Part shown: positions 11,368 through 23,926 of the stretch, one piece after another
How the letters are laid out: each line of letters opens with the position of its first letter
How positions within the stretch are numbered: position 1 is the first letter of the stretch
Source of the DNA: Octopus bimaculoides
Lineage: Eukaryota
Direction of reading: 5' to 3'
Assembly: GCF_001194135.2 (NCBI RefSeq)
Contig: NC_068984.1
Span: 48,322,751-48,361,044 of the forward strand
Length of the DNA: 38,294 bases
Notes under the pieces: model-generated
Seen by the model: only the letters and a program-made list of their open reading frames with translations
What the model was told of the DNA's origin: nothing
Database searches by the model: none
Made by a program: the position numbers and the translations under genes

Positions 11368-14053
11368 TGCATGTCAATACCATTGCATATGTGGATGTAG
11401 TTACATGCAAAGCTTATCAGGTATTTTATATCTATTTAGCAAGGCATGTAATATCAAGTATTTGTGAACATTTGATAAGTCCTCTCTTTCTAAATTTGTG
11501 GACCCCCAACCTATGAACGGTGGTATTAAGTCAGTTAGACATGTTACTATGTTCTCCAATAATTATTGGTAGATATCTAAAGTTATAAGCTGGTTAGAGT
11601 AACTGTAGATTGTTCATTAGATCAGCATAGAACATACAGTGATATTTAAAAGTTATATTGTCAGTTACTGAGAAACTGCTTCTGTGTTTTCTTCTCTTTG
11701 TTTTAAAACATTATCTTTGTTGTGTTATGCTGACATTCTTTTAAGACTTGGCAGACATTGATTTAACCTAATTATAAGTGGATTGTAATCGTGACCGTCA
11801 TGTAACGTATTGGTTTTGCAACACGATGATGACAATACAACGAACGTCTTCCAAATTAAATGCGAGTTCTGCTATCGCATGAAGTTATGGCATTACTTCT
11901 TTCTGACTTTCTGATAATGTTTTCTTGTCAGAGATATTGGAATTGTTCACCATTGCCCTCCTCTAACCGGATGGCCGTTGGCCCGCAAAGATTTCGTCTG
12001 TCCTTTCGAAAGGTCTTGCTTTCAGTCTTGCTGGTAATCCAGACACCATGTTCACAAGAGTAGCAAGCCCTCCAAATTACTGCATCTTCTTAAACTTGTC
12101 TTTTCAGGATTATTCCTCCAACGAACGCCGTTATGTAATGCTCCAATCACGATAATGAGTCTCACAGTTAAGTAGGCAGTGTTCATATTTACGGACAATT
12201 ACGAACAATGTGAGTGATAATCTTATTGTTATTTTCACCAAGTTAGCATTGGGTGTCATGTCGAAGTGATTTACCGGCAATTCTGACCCATTGGAGGGCA
12301 GGTATTTTATGTTTATTTAATGCTTTTAAATTGCAATCAAGACAAAAAGAAGAAAGAAAGAAAACTCTTCAATGTCAGAGCTCATATTTTAGCAGTCAGT
12401 ATAAACTGCCGTTTGTCAATATTCCTATCACAAGAAGCCTTCTGTAAGTATACGTATGCATAGCATTTTTCTAGTAAGTGTACAATATCTCTTTAAATGA
12501 CGGGCTGCGATAGAACTGCCTGATTGCAAGAGATACATTCTGGGTTTATATACGCGGCCATAAGTCAGGGAAATGTTATTGGCAAACTCTTTTCCAACGC
12601 TTATGATCTAAAGTTGTTCCTCGACATTTGTTGATTAATATATATTGCCGAATGGATATGCAACATTCGGAAGCTGTTTGAATAGGTCATACTCCCAACC
12701 TCGAAAAGCATCATACTCTCAGAACAAACGACATACAAGTCTCCGTTGGCTTAATATTTTGGAGAATGATGTTCAAGCTTGTCCTTTTTGGAATTCAAGC
12801 AAATAATTAACGAAATAGCACTGCACACGTGTAAACAACCCTTAGAATCCATACTAAATCTGAATTGTTAGTTAGTGCATATATATGTTTCAGAGTATGC
12901 AAATGACAGACTTAATCACATGTTGTGGCTATACTTGATCTCACACATAAACTTAATCTCGTGTATATGCTTCCTTTCTATTCATGTCTGTCTGTATATT
13001 GAATTCCTATATGTTAATTGTGCACCTGTACACCTAGGAAAATAAATAGAGCATTCCTGGAATATTTGTGAAACTTGCATTGTGTATCTAATCTATCATA
13101 TTTGAAAAATGCGAATAAATATTTATGGAGAGCCATACGTTTGTAGATTTTTTATGCAGATTAGTTGTTACGTAGCTCGTTGCACCTACGACAATCGGTA
13201 CGAATAAAAATCTATAGACTTGATACACTAGCTTCAATTTGTTTCTTCATCAGACCGCAATTAATGTTCTTTATTGGCCCAATTTTTCAGGAAACATTCT
13301 CGGCCACCGCTGAACTGATCTCTATAGCAATACACGCCATTAGCTCACTGTTCCTTATAGTAATAACCGATCAGTTGTACCTTATCGAATTTGCTGTTTT
13401 TACTTAAATGTTCGACAAATATTCTTTATTTTCAAAGGGTTGGATAAATTCTGGCTCTTGTATAAATTTGGTAATGTCTTCATGACAATTCTTTTCTAGA
13501 TGTTTTTTTGCGACAATGTCATGTGTTATTCAGGGGTAGTAACTTGCTGAATGTTGGATAATTTCTGAACTTACGAATATTGTCAGCACTGGTATGACAC
13601 AATTGACATTTTCTGTTACATCATGGTAGAAGAAAAGAATATCTATATCTTCAGTTGATCAGATATTTAGTAGCTATTTCCTCTTTCTGGGTAGCAAAGA
13701 CCTAACTGTCTAAATGAAAAATGATATATTTATCGGAGACCGAGGAGAGGCTACTATTCCTCTTTATGGTAATATTTCGTGGAATATGTACTCATACATT
13801 AATTTTTGTTGATACAATGACAGTCCCTCCCCAAATATCAGTCTAAGTCGAAAACTATAGCCAAGATTGTTTTACGTGGAGCATGTGTACATTAAGTTCC
13901 CCGATCAAGAGTTTCAGGAGTATTTCGCTTAATCACTGGTACGTATACAGCTGATGTACTTCTTGTATACATATTTGCATACATCTAAATACATACAAGC
14001 ATACACACACACATACACACACACACATACACACACATATGTGTGCATATATA

Positions 14054-15321
14054 TTAGGTTGAAAACTAAGGTCACTCCGCTTTTTAAATTTAAATTTTTT
14101 AAAAGGTTTAATAAAAGGTTATAACTAATTAATCAATAATGTATTCACCCTTGTTCTTTACAACTTCTTTCCAATGTTCAACAAGATTTTCAACACCTCG
14201 TTGGCAGAAATCATCCGATTTCGACTTGAAACATTGACCCCAAACCAAGCTCTCAATTCTGCATCAGTACTGAGCGAAACTCCGTGCATAGAATTTGAAA
14301 GAGATGGAAAGAGAGGGAAATCTGTTGGTGCCAAATCCAAATCACCCACCGTACTCTCGAAATCAGGAGAGTACGGCCGGTGTGGCAGCACTTCCCATCG
14401 ATGAGTTTGAATGGCTTCCTTGGTCATATTCGTAACATGAGGGCAGGCGTTATGCAGCAGAAGAGCTCTATGCTTTTCTCTTGAATGACCGTGTTGACTT
14501 GTTCCATCTGTTGAACATAGAGTTACATGTTGACCGTTTGGTTCCGTTCAAGCAATTCGTAATGGATAATCCCTTCCAAGTCCCACCAAATGCACATCAT
14601 TTTACGCGGATGAAGATCTTGTTTCACGCGCGGTATCGCTTGTTTACCGGGACTAAGCCATTCCTTACGCTGCTTCATATTGATGTACAGGCACCATATT
14701 TTGTCGCCAGTAACGATTCGGTAAAGAAATCGTTGCTCGTGTTCATGAACTGAGCGTTGACGGGCAAGCAAACCTGCGGAGATTGTAACTCGTTGATTTT
14801 TGTTTTTGTCACTTAAAGCATGCAGAGCGCATGCTTCATACTTCTGCATCTTTCCCATCGAATGAAGATTCTTCCCTATAGTAATTTGGGAGCATTCCAT
14901 TTCCTCTGCCAGTCCCCTTGTCGTTTGACGAGAATTTTCGGGCAAAAGTTGGTTTAATCGTTCTTCATCGAACTCAACTGGACGGCCAGAACGAGTTGCG
15001 TCTTTGAGGTCAAAATTTCCATTTTTGAACTAGGCATACCAATCACGAGCAGTTGTTTCAGCAATGGCACCCTCTCCATACACGGTATAAATGTTGTGAG
15101 AAGCTTTTGCGGCATTAGACCCTTAATTAAAAGTTTAAAAAAAGGTGTCGAAAATGCTCGTTTTTCTTAACTTGACATTCTATTTTAATGATCTGAAAAT
15201 AAGCAAAAAAAAAAAAAATTACTAAAATTAACTTGGAAAAAAAGACAAAATGGATTAAAAAATGGTTCAAAATTAGAATTCTCGAAAAAATAGATTCTCA
15301 AATTTTAAAGCGCAATAAATT
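14054..15321 (-). mobile_element. Decayed mariner (DD34D) element; transposase pseudogene ~15183-14129
   Basis: Minus strand: (I)ECQVKKNEHFRH, FKNGNFDLKDATRSGRPVEFDEERL, IVTGDKIWCLY, CIWWDLEGIIHYELL, HRPYSPD...LAPTDF, NKGEYIID*. TIR-like TTAGGTTGAAAACTAAGGTCACTCCGC after TA at 14054; the other end runs into a gap. Confidence 0.93.
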
Positions 15322-15451
15322 NNNNNNNNNNNNNNNNNNNNNNNNNNNNNNNNNNNNNNNNNNNNNNNNNNNNNNNNNNNNNNNNNNNNNNNNNNNNNNN
15401 NNNNNNNNNNNNNNNNNNNNNNNNNNNNNNNNNNNNNNNNNNNNNNNNNNN

Positions 15452-15486
<35 letters not shown>

Positions 15487-15699
15487 ATTTCGTGATGGTC
15501 ATTTTATTTATTATTTGTTTTTTTTTGCCAAATAAGCACACGCACTATATTTTTTCTTCACTCGTTTATTACTGTTATGTTGAATAACATCATAATTAAC
15601 GGATCCTACTGTATTCTTTTTAACAAAGCCACAAACTTTTCAGCACCCTTCCACCACACACAGAACGCACACACGCACATACACACACACGCTATTACA

Positions 15700-17168
15700 T
15701 AGACAACGACGGTCACGGAGCTATACGTACGCTATATAGACGACTGTATAGGCGCTACCTCCCTCTCCCACGAACAACTCTGCCACTTCATACCATTCCT
15801 CTTTAACTTTCACCTTTCTCTGCAATTTACATCTACTATCTCTAACACCTCGGTAAACTTCCTGGACATCTCTTTTACCATTGACCAACCCTCCCAATCT
15901 CTCACTACCTTCGCCTTCATCAAACACACAGATTCCCACCTCTACCTCAATTTTTCCTCCTCCCATCCTTCCTACACCTAAAGGGTCATCCCTTACTTCC
16001 AGTTCCTCTGCCTCCGACGCTTTGCAGCTGAGACCAGGTTTTCGAGACCCAGAACCAATACCTTTCCCGCCTGTTCATCCCCGCCTGTTCGTGCCCGTAA
16101 GCTACGCGATCTACTGGTCTGTAGCACCTTCCCCTCTTCCTTTCCAACCCCACCTGGATCATTCCCTTGCTCTAGATCCCGCTGTGATACCTGCCCTTTC
16201 ATCACCAACACCACCTCCCTCTCTGGTTCCGACCAGCATACTCTCCACATTAGGAACTCCTTCTCCTGCACCAATGCAAGCCTTATCTATTGCATTAGAT
16301 GTAATCGCTGCAATAAACTCTACGTTGGTCAGGCGGGTCGCCGGCTCACTGACCGGTCCACCGAACATCCATGAGATGTTCGGCTACACAAGAACACCCC
16401 GTTATTTCCGCTTGGCCAACCAATCCACCTCTAATATCTCACATATACCTCCACACGCACAACCCCATTTAGACACACACCTATACACTCGCACACAAAA
16501 ATACGCACATACCCGCACACACAGATATACACACGCACACACATACACACACATACCCATGCACCACGCACACAACCCCAAGTACACACACATATGCACA
16601 AGCACGTACACACACACGTGCACACACGTGCACATACGTTCACACACATATACACACACCCACGTGCATGAATGTACACGTACACAACACAACCATACAT
16701 ACACGCACACACATACATACATAGACAGGCACACACATACTTCAAACTGCCAGTCAAACACCTTTCTACTGACTATTCATCTACGCACATGTGAAGAGTC
16801 ACACAACTACACGAAGGACCACCACTCCCGGTACCATGCTGCTGAATTCTTCCTACAACATTAACACACGCAAAGTTCACTCACACATACACATCTAAAC
16901 AGCCAAAACCACTCAAAAACTACAGACACACCACATGCACACAGACTGCGCACACGCACTTGCTCACACATACACACACATACCTCCTTCTCTTACACAT
17001 TTTTTTCCTCCGTCTTCCTTTTCTCTTGGACTTTGCTCTGTCTCCTGTTTCTGAAGAAGAGCTCTGCTCGAAACCTAAAACCACCTTTCTTTCCTCCCCT
17101 GAGCGTACCACGTCCACGCGTTATTGTGTTTTACCTGTGTTTGTTCTTGTTTGGGGATTTATAAAGAT
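15700..17168 (+). mobile_element. 5'-truncated Penelope-like retroelement: RT C-terminus, GIY-YIG and 3' terminal repeat region
   Basis: YVRYIDDCIG (YIDD at 15733-15744); VNFLDISF; IKHTDSHLYLNFSSSHPSYT*RVIPYFQFLCLRR; PGSFPCSRSRCDTCPF; FSCTNASLIYCIRCNRCNKLYVGQAGRRLTDRSTEH (16261-16368). Followed by a CA-rich tract and a hammerhead-like motif. Confidence 0.92.
17047..17081 (+). ncRNA. Minimal type I hammerhead ribozyme relic in the PLE 3' repeat
   Basis: GTTT-CTGAAGA-A-GAGC-TCT-GCTC-GAAA-CCTA-AAAC: core CUGANGA and GAAA, stem II GAGC/GCUC, stem I GUUU/AAAC. CCUA replaces the usual CGUA. Confidence 0.75.
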
Positions 17169-17321
17169 ATATATATATATATATATATATAGGTATGTAT
17201 ATGATTTCTGAATGGAATCATTATTATCGCTGGGCCTGTGAAAGAGATGCGATCTTCGTAAGGACTTTTGAAATAATTTAACGTATCGACTCCAACTAAC
17301 ATGTATGTTCAATCTGATATA

Positions 17322-18391
17322 TTAGGAATGTAAAGAGTATCCGCATTTTCGCCAAACCTTTCTTTGGATTGGAAGCAGTGCCCTCAGCGCTCGCTTGTTG
17401 AAAGGTGGTACTCTGGTGGTTTGACTCAAGTTCTTTTCTCGAGTAAATATAGGTGCTCCGCTTGCAGTGTGCACCAAGGAAGAACTGAGATCAGTGAGTA
17501 GATTCCTCTAGTCTGAAGTCGTGTCAGGAATTGAAATTCATCGCAGGCTTTCGGTCCAGTACCAGAACAGCGCTTTACAACACAGAATTGTGTATGTCTA
17601 GAATAAGAAGTTCAATTTGGCCGTAGAATCATGAACGACAAAAAGGGAATAAGACATTAATCAACCTCCATTACAAACGCAACGAATCCGCAAGCTTGAG
17701 AGACGGTTCTAGCAAACTGACGAATAGCATAAGCGCAATCGAGTGGAACTCTGTGAACGCTTATTTAACGACTACTATGATGAAAGCGAGGTACGTAGGT
17801 CCATCACTTTGAACTAGAATCTAAAAGGTAGAGTGTGAGGTGGAAACACCCGAAATCGCCAGTAACATTCTACAGAAAAAGTGATGCTAATCGTTTATTT
17901 GGACGCAAAAGCGCCCATACTATAACGTTACCTTGAAATGGGGTTTACAGTCATCAGTATATGCTACTGTAAAATGTTGACCGAAAAAATAAAACCAGCA
18001 AGTTTATTAAGGGCTGAGGTCTAATGACAATGCACCCCCACACCATTGAAACCATAACAATATCGGCTTTCGAATTGCTGGAACATCCTTCATACAATCC
18101 AGATCTCTCTTCTTTTGACCATCATTTCTTTGAACCAAGGAAACATGTTTTACAAAGTCGTGGATTTGCTACGTACAAAGAAGCACAGGAAGTGGTGTAT
18201 AAATGGCCGCGAGACCAGCCGAAGACTATCTTTTTCGATAGAATAAGAGAGCTTATGGAGAATATAGAAAAGAAAAAGAGTCTAGAGAAGCATGGTAGGT
18301 ATCTCAGAAAAAACAAATGTAACTGTACAGCCTATGCTTTTGTTTTTATTGATTACAAGAACAGAGTGCACATAATATTTGGCGTGTGTGT
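17322..18391 (+). mobile_element. Decayed, internally deleted mariner element (irritans-like); transposase remnants ~17449-18320
   Basis: GAPLAVCTKEELRSVSRFL*SEVVSGIEIHRRLS; HKRNRVELCERL; WKHPKSP; LLEHPSYNPDLSSFDHHFFEP...WPRDQPKTIFFD. Termini are approximate and TIRs degenerate. Confidence 0.8.
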
Positions 18392-18544
18392 ATTTGACAC
18401 TCGGATGTGCTGTTGGGTCAAAGTTATCTGCTTGCAACTTTATTGGAACTCAGAATAATTAGGACGTATATGTTACCAAACCAAACATGGTTGCGATGAG
18501 AGCTTGTGCTTAAACACATACTCACACACACACACGTACAGATT

Positions 18545-18547
18545 ATT

Positions 18548-18582
<35 letters not shown>

Positions 18583-18609
18583 CTCTCTCTCTATATATAT
18601 ATATATATA
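18545..18609 (+). repeat. (TCTA)n/(TC)n/(TA)n compound microsatellite
   Basis: Direct reading. Confidence 0.9.
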
Positions 18610-19494
18610 CCCAGACAGATAGAGATCAGCCTGCGACAGTTATGTTTCGTATTTACGATCATGAAATTATTTTTAAATGCATAACATTTATAAAATAACT
18701 TTTTATGCCGCAAGTTCTGATGCTCTAATGTCAGCCATACACACATACACACAAATGCGCATGCACTTATATACCTATACTAATAGATAAATACCTATGT
18801 GTATATATGTATGGGCGTTTGTGTAATATATATATATATATTGAGACACAGAAAACGATGTAGATAGGCATATTGGCAGATAGGTGTGTTTGTGTGTATG
18901 TGTGCCTGTGTGTGTCTGTGTGTGTGTGTCTGTGTGTTTGTGTCTGTGTGTAAATCGAAGGTGTATACATGAATGTTATAACATTTCAAATGATAAATAA
19001 ATGGCATGAATAGAAAATTGTGTTCAATTAAGTATTACAAATCGTGCAGACATATATTGTTGTCTTCTTGTCCTCCGTTAACCTCGATTACGTCATCAAT
19101 GACATTCAGTAATTTACAGACAAATGACCTACCCTTTAACCCTTCATGTTGTTAGGTCATCTCTGAGTTTTCGAATTGAAAATGAAATCTACATAGTTAT
19201 GTTTAAATAGCAACAGATAAAGACGCAATATACTGTAGCCGAAATATGGCTGCATCTAGGTGTTTGAATACATAGATAATGCATAATGCATATATATGTA
19301 ACTATGGCGACACAAAGTTTCTGCAGCGTTACTGGTGATGTATTGAAGCTTGCAATAAATTTCTGTTGTAGCTGCACAATGCGTGTGGCATTCTTCAGCG
19401 AATTTTTCTTTCTACGTCTCTTTCATTTTCTCTTTCTCTTCCCCCAAATGTCTCTCCCTCTCTCGCTTACATACATATGCATACGGACACAAAC

Positions 19495-19526
19495 AAACAC
19501 ACACACATAGATAGATAGATGGGCAA

Positions 19527-19560
<34 letters not shown>

Positions 19561-19690
19561 GGATAGACAGACATAGATACTTACATATGCATATATGCTG
19601 ATATATACATATATATAAATACATATACATACGTACATATATACATATATACATACAAACGAACACACACACACACACACATACACACAC
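19495..19690 (+). repeat. (CA)n/(TAGA)n/(TA,CA)n compound microsatellite
   Basis: Direct reading. Confidence 0.9.
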
Positions 19691-20318
19691 AAATATGAAC
19701 GTCTGTGGATGTTTGTTTTAGAACGAGTGTGAGTGTGGATACATAGGTTTGTGAATGAGAGGAAGGAGTAAAAGACAGCATACGTATTCAAAACATCCAG
19801 TGTTAGCTTGCGAACATAAAGATCTTCGGCTCCAATCCCTTTATCCCTTCACTGGCCATGCGATATAGTAGAGATTGAATTCTCGCGGAATCAGTGTATC
19901 TGTCTAAGAGAGGTTTACTATTAGACGCCATTTCTCTGCATTACCGATATTCCTGCCGGCTTTGTACTGATACAATCCTTTATGGGTTTTTATATATGTA
20001 TATATGAATAGATATGCGTGTGTGTATGAATATATATATATATGTGTGTGTGTGTGTGAATATATATGTATATATACATATATATATAATGTATGTATGT
20101 ATGTATGTATGTATGACAATGAAGAAGCAAAACGTCTGGTATCATTTCAGAGCGTGTAATTTACAATTCTAATATAATTGTAGAGTTGTTAGAGTAAATA
20201 TGGATTAAGAAATAATGCGTAAAATCTCTTACAGCTTCTTCTACTATAGCTGTGCTTTTGATTCGTAGGTCTCTGAGCCACGATTTCCATATAAGTCAAC
20301 TATACATTCCTCAGAGAG

Positions 20319-20547
20319 GAAGAATTAAGGAATATTCTTAATACAGGATATTAGTAGTTACAAACGCCTTTGTCGAAGAATTAAGGAACATCCTAAGGAA
20401 AAGATAATACTAGTTACCAGTTCCGACTTCGAAGAATTAATGAATATCATTAGTAAATATAATGAAAGTCACCAGTCTCATCATCGAAGAAGTAAGGAAT
20501 ATCCCTAGTAAAGGATAATAGTATTTACCAATTTCATCATCGAAGAG
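20319..20547 (+). repeat. Degenerate ~56-bp tandem repeat, four units plus the start of a fifth
   Basis: GAAGAA(T/G)TAA(G/T)GAA recurs at 20319, 20375, 20431 and 20486, and GAAGA at 20542 (periods 56, 56, 55, 56). Confidence 0.85.
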
Positions 20548-21269
20548 TGAGAGAGAGAGATAGAGAGAGTGAGGAGGGAAGTGGTAACCAGGAATGATAC
20601 TGTATAATGAGCCCCAGAAACATAATGTCCTAAATATCTGAGGTGACATATCAGTTGATCTACAAGATGTGTTCACTAAGCGCTGCACATCTTTTGTTAA
20701 AACGTGAATGTGCAGAAATACTAACAGGTATACAGGGGCAGTAGAAATCCTAACCAACGAGGAAAATTAGAGTTATAAAACTGATGGATACGAAGATAGT
20801 GACGGAGGTTGGAAATAAATCCTTCACTATAATCCTGAATGGCTTATAGCACGATCATAAGTCTAATAAAACTTTATTTTCGAAATAGCGTAACGTAAAC
20901 GTCGAGGAGAACATAGTCATGATAGATACGACGGACATGCCGAAGAAGTAGAAAGAGAATGGCAAAGAACTCCTTCAGGATGATCTGGACCATATGTCGT
21001 GCAACGTGATAGTAACGTTGACAGTTTCATGTTGCACTGCATGTTACTAGAATAGTAAATTCTGAAAGCAGAAAAAGAAGATAAAAATAACTTCTAGACT
21101 TGCAGATTGACGTGAGGGATAGGGTTCTCAATAACAAGATTCAAATGGAGAAAGTTATACATGTGGTTCAATGACTATAAAAGCGCTGTCAATTCAATCA
21201 GGTATTCTGGGTTTATTGCGGTAACATAAATGATGGTATGATAGGTATTCAGGGGGCAGTAATGGATTT

Positions 21270-21890
21270 ACTGTGAAGACTGTACATTTGTCAGTCAGAA
21301 GTGTGGAATGAAATCTTATTAACTGGTTTATTGCGGAGGCGCAATGGCCCAGTGGTTAGGGCAGCGGACTCGCGGTCATAGGATCGCGGTTTCGATTCCC
21401 AGACCGGGCGTTGTGAGTGTTTATTGAGCGAACACACCTAAAAGCTCCACGCGGCTCCGGCAGGGGATGGTGGCGAACCCTGCTGTACTCTTTCACCACA
21501 ACTTTCTCTCACTCTTTCTTCCTGTTTCTGCTGTGCCTGTAATTCAAAGGGCCAGCCTTGTCACACTGTGTCACGCTGAATATCCACGAGAATTACGTTA
21601 AAGGTACACGTGTCTGTGGAGTGCTCAGCCACATGCACGTTAATTTCACGAGCAGGCTGTTCCGTTGATCGGATCAACTGGAACCGTCGTCGTAAGCGAC
21701 GGAGTGCCAACTGGTTTATTACTAGGAAAAGAGTTTACCAAAGATGTCTTCTTTCACATCTCTGCTCTTTCATTTACTCTGAAGTTTTGAAGAGATTAAC
21801 AGATGATCTTGACTGGATCGGTGTATGCTTCGTATTCGAGTGGTTTAATTAACTCCGTTTTGCTGATGATCGCTTCCTCACTATCTGAGC
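21270..21890 (+). mobile_element. Decayed RTE-type LINE reverse transcriptase fragment, interrupted by a SINE
   Basis: With the SINE and one TSD removed it reads ...NLINWFITRKRVYQRCLLSHLCSFIYSEVL...FN*LRFADD (LRFADD at 21853-21870), matching the WF.T..GVRQGC.LSP...LRFADD RT motifs. Confidence 0.7.
21333..21708 (+). mobile_element. Full-length tRNA-derived SINE with 12-bp target site duplication
   Basis: Box A TGGCCCAGTGG (21345-21355) and box B GGTTTCGATTCC (21388-21399). Identical AACTGGTTTATT at 21321-21332 and 21709-21720. GC-rich relative to flanks. Confidence 0.92.
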
Positions 21891-22854
21891 CCCTTAAAAC
21901 GATTAACTATGTCGAGTCTCTATTGTGAGGCAGATTGTGAATAGCTGTAATCGTCCGCAATCACCAACAAGGAAACCAGATGAGATTCCCATAGGATGCC
22001 AGTTGGTTTTACGCAGAAAAAAAGATGAAGATACATCGATGGCAAAACACTGAAAATGCTTGTGGAATATATGTCTTCGGTATGAATAGCAAAGTATAGT
22101 GTTTGTGCTTTAAGTCCATAACCCTCGACTATAAGGATGAGAATATTCATCTATTCGTATAGAAGAAACATCTATGTGATTAGCGAAAGAACGGAAAGTT
22201 ACGAATATGTATTAAGTACATAGTACAAGTATGACAACAAATATAGGCAAACACAATATGGCTGTCTGATAAAGAATTTCATTTCGAAAATACGTAGTAT
22301 CGGGTTTACTTCTTCTACGTGGCTCAACGGTTGACTTTTGTTTACAATAATCCCAGGTTGACTAATTCCTTTGTGAGTAAATTTGGTATATAGAAAATAT
22401 GTGGAAACAGCTCATACTGTATAGCCAAACAAAGCAAACCCACGCATGCTCACGCACAAACACTGACCCCCATACACACATACTTAGCCTCATACACACA
22501 CACATAGTCGCAAACGCAAACACACAAACGCATGCGTACTAACACACACGCACGCGTGCACACACACACACATAAGGCATACGTATGAGTGTTCGCATTT
22601 CTCCACCTGTTGGTTAACTTCTAGCACTGATTTGCTTAGGTTCACATGAATTGAAGCTTCAGCAAGAGAGACAGACAGAAAGTGTACCTGAGTTAAAAAT
22701 ATATATTAAGGTCGACTTTTACAAGCAAATAATTCAAGCAGTTTCCTCTGTATGGCCGCAGTCTGAAAGAGTAGACAGACATAAATTTATATATTTGGAA
22801 TGTATATGATTACATATAAATACATAAGCATATAATGATAATAAATAATAATAT

Positions 22855-22857
<3 letters not shown>

Positions 22858-22932
<75 letters not shown>
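22858..22932 (+). repeat. (TA)n(GA)n microsatellite next to a gap
   Basis: Direct reading. Confidence 0.9.
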
Positions 22933-23375
22933 NNNNNNNNNNNNNNNNNNNNNNNNNNNNNNNNNNNNNNNNNNNNNNNNNNNNNNNNNNNNNNNNNNNN
23001 NNNNNNNNNNNNNNNNNNNNNNNNNNNNNNNNNNNNNNNNNNNNNNNNNNNNNNNNNNNNNNNNNNNNNNNNNNNNNNNNNNNNNNNNNNNNNNNNNNNN
23101 NNNNNNNNNNNNNNNNNNNNNNNNNNNNNNNNNNNNNNNNNNNNNNNNNNNNNNNNNNNNNNNNNNNNNNNNNNNNNNNNNNNNNNNNNNNNNNNNNNNN
23201 NNNNNNNNNNNGTATATACAATGACAAAAGATGAAAATCTGCCAAATATTTTTATTTATTTTGATCTATAAAAATATATTTAAATAAAACAAGGGGGTAA
23301 ATATTTTTATTATCTGTCTCTCTCCCTTTCTCTCCCCCTCTCTCTCTACATATATATATATATATATATATATAC

Positions 23376-23406
<31 letters not shown>

Positions 23407-23724
23407 GACAGGGAGAGAGACAGAGAGTGACATGTATGAAATTGTAGATACAAGATGATGTTTTCACATAAAAAAAAATAGCTGCATAGAAAATAATTTT
23501 CACTGAAAAATATTAGTGCAGGTTTTCAAAAAATAAATTTTAGAAAATATGAAATTCTCATTTTAATAAGATGTTTTTATGTAAAAAGTTTTAGTGAAAA
23601 AGAATTTGTGCAGGTTTTCAGCAAAAGAATTTATACAGAAAACGGAAAATCGCATTTAAGCAATGAGGTTGCAAAGTGTTGCAGCTTATCAAAGTTAAAG
23701 TTCATTTCCAACGGAATTATTAAT

Positions 23725-23751
23725 CTCTCTCTCCCTCTCTCTCTGACTCTG

Positions 23752-23824
<73 letters not shown>

Positions 23825-23865
23825 CTATCCATCTATCTGTTTGTGTTCATCTATTTATCTATTTA

Positions 23866-23926
<61 letters not shown>

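Noticed and set aside
15881-16864. 327-aa ORF, the longest gap-free ORF in the track
   Set aside because: It is an off-frame reading of the Penelope RT/GIY-YIG region running into CA-rich repeats; the real motifs lie in other frames.
20319-20547. CRISPR-like repeat/spacer array
   Set aside because: The DNA is eukaryotic, the units are homologous along their whole length rather than having unique spacers, the repeats are not identical, and there are no cas genes.
21335-21410. Genuine tRNA gene, also considered at 37301-37365
   Set aside because: The box A/B heads continue into SINE bodies, and no complete cloverleaf with an acceptor stem is evident.
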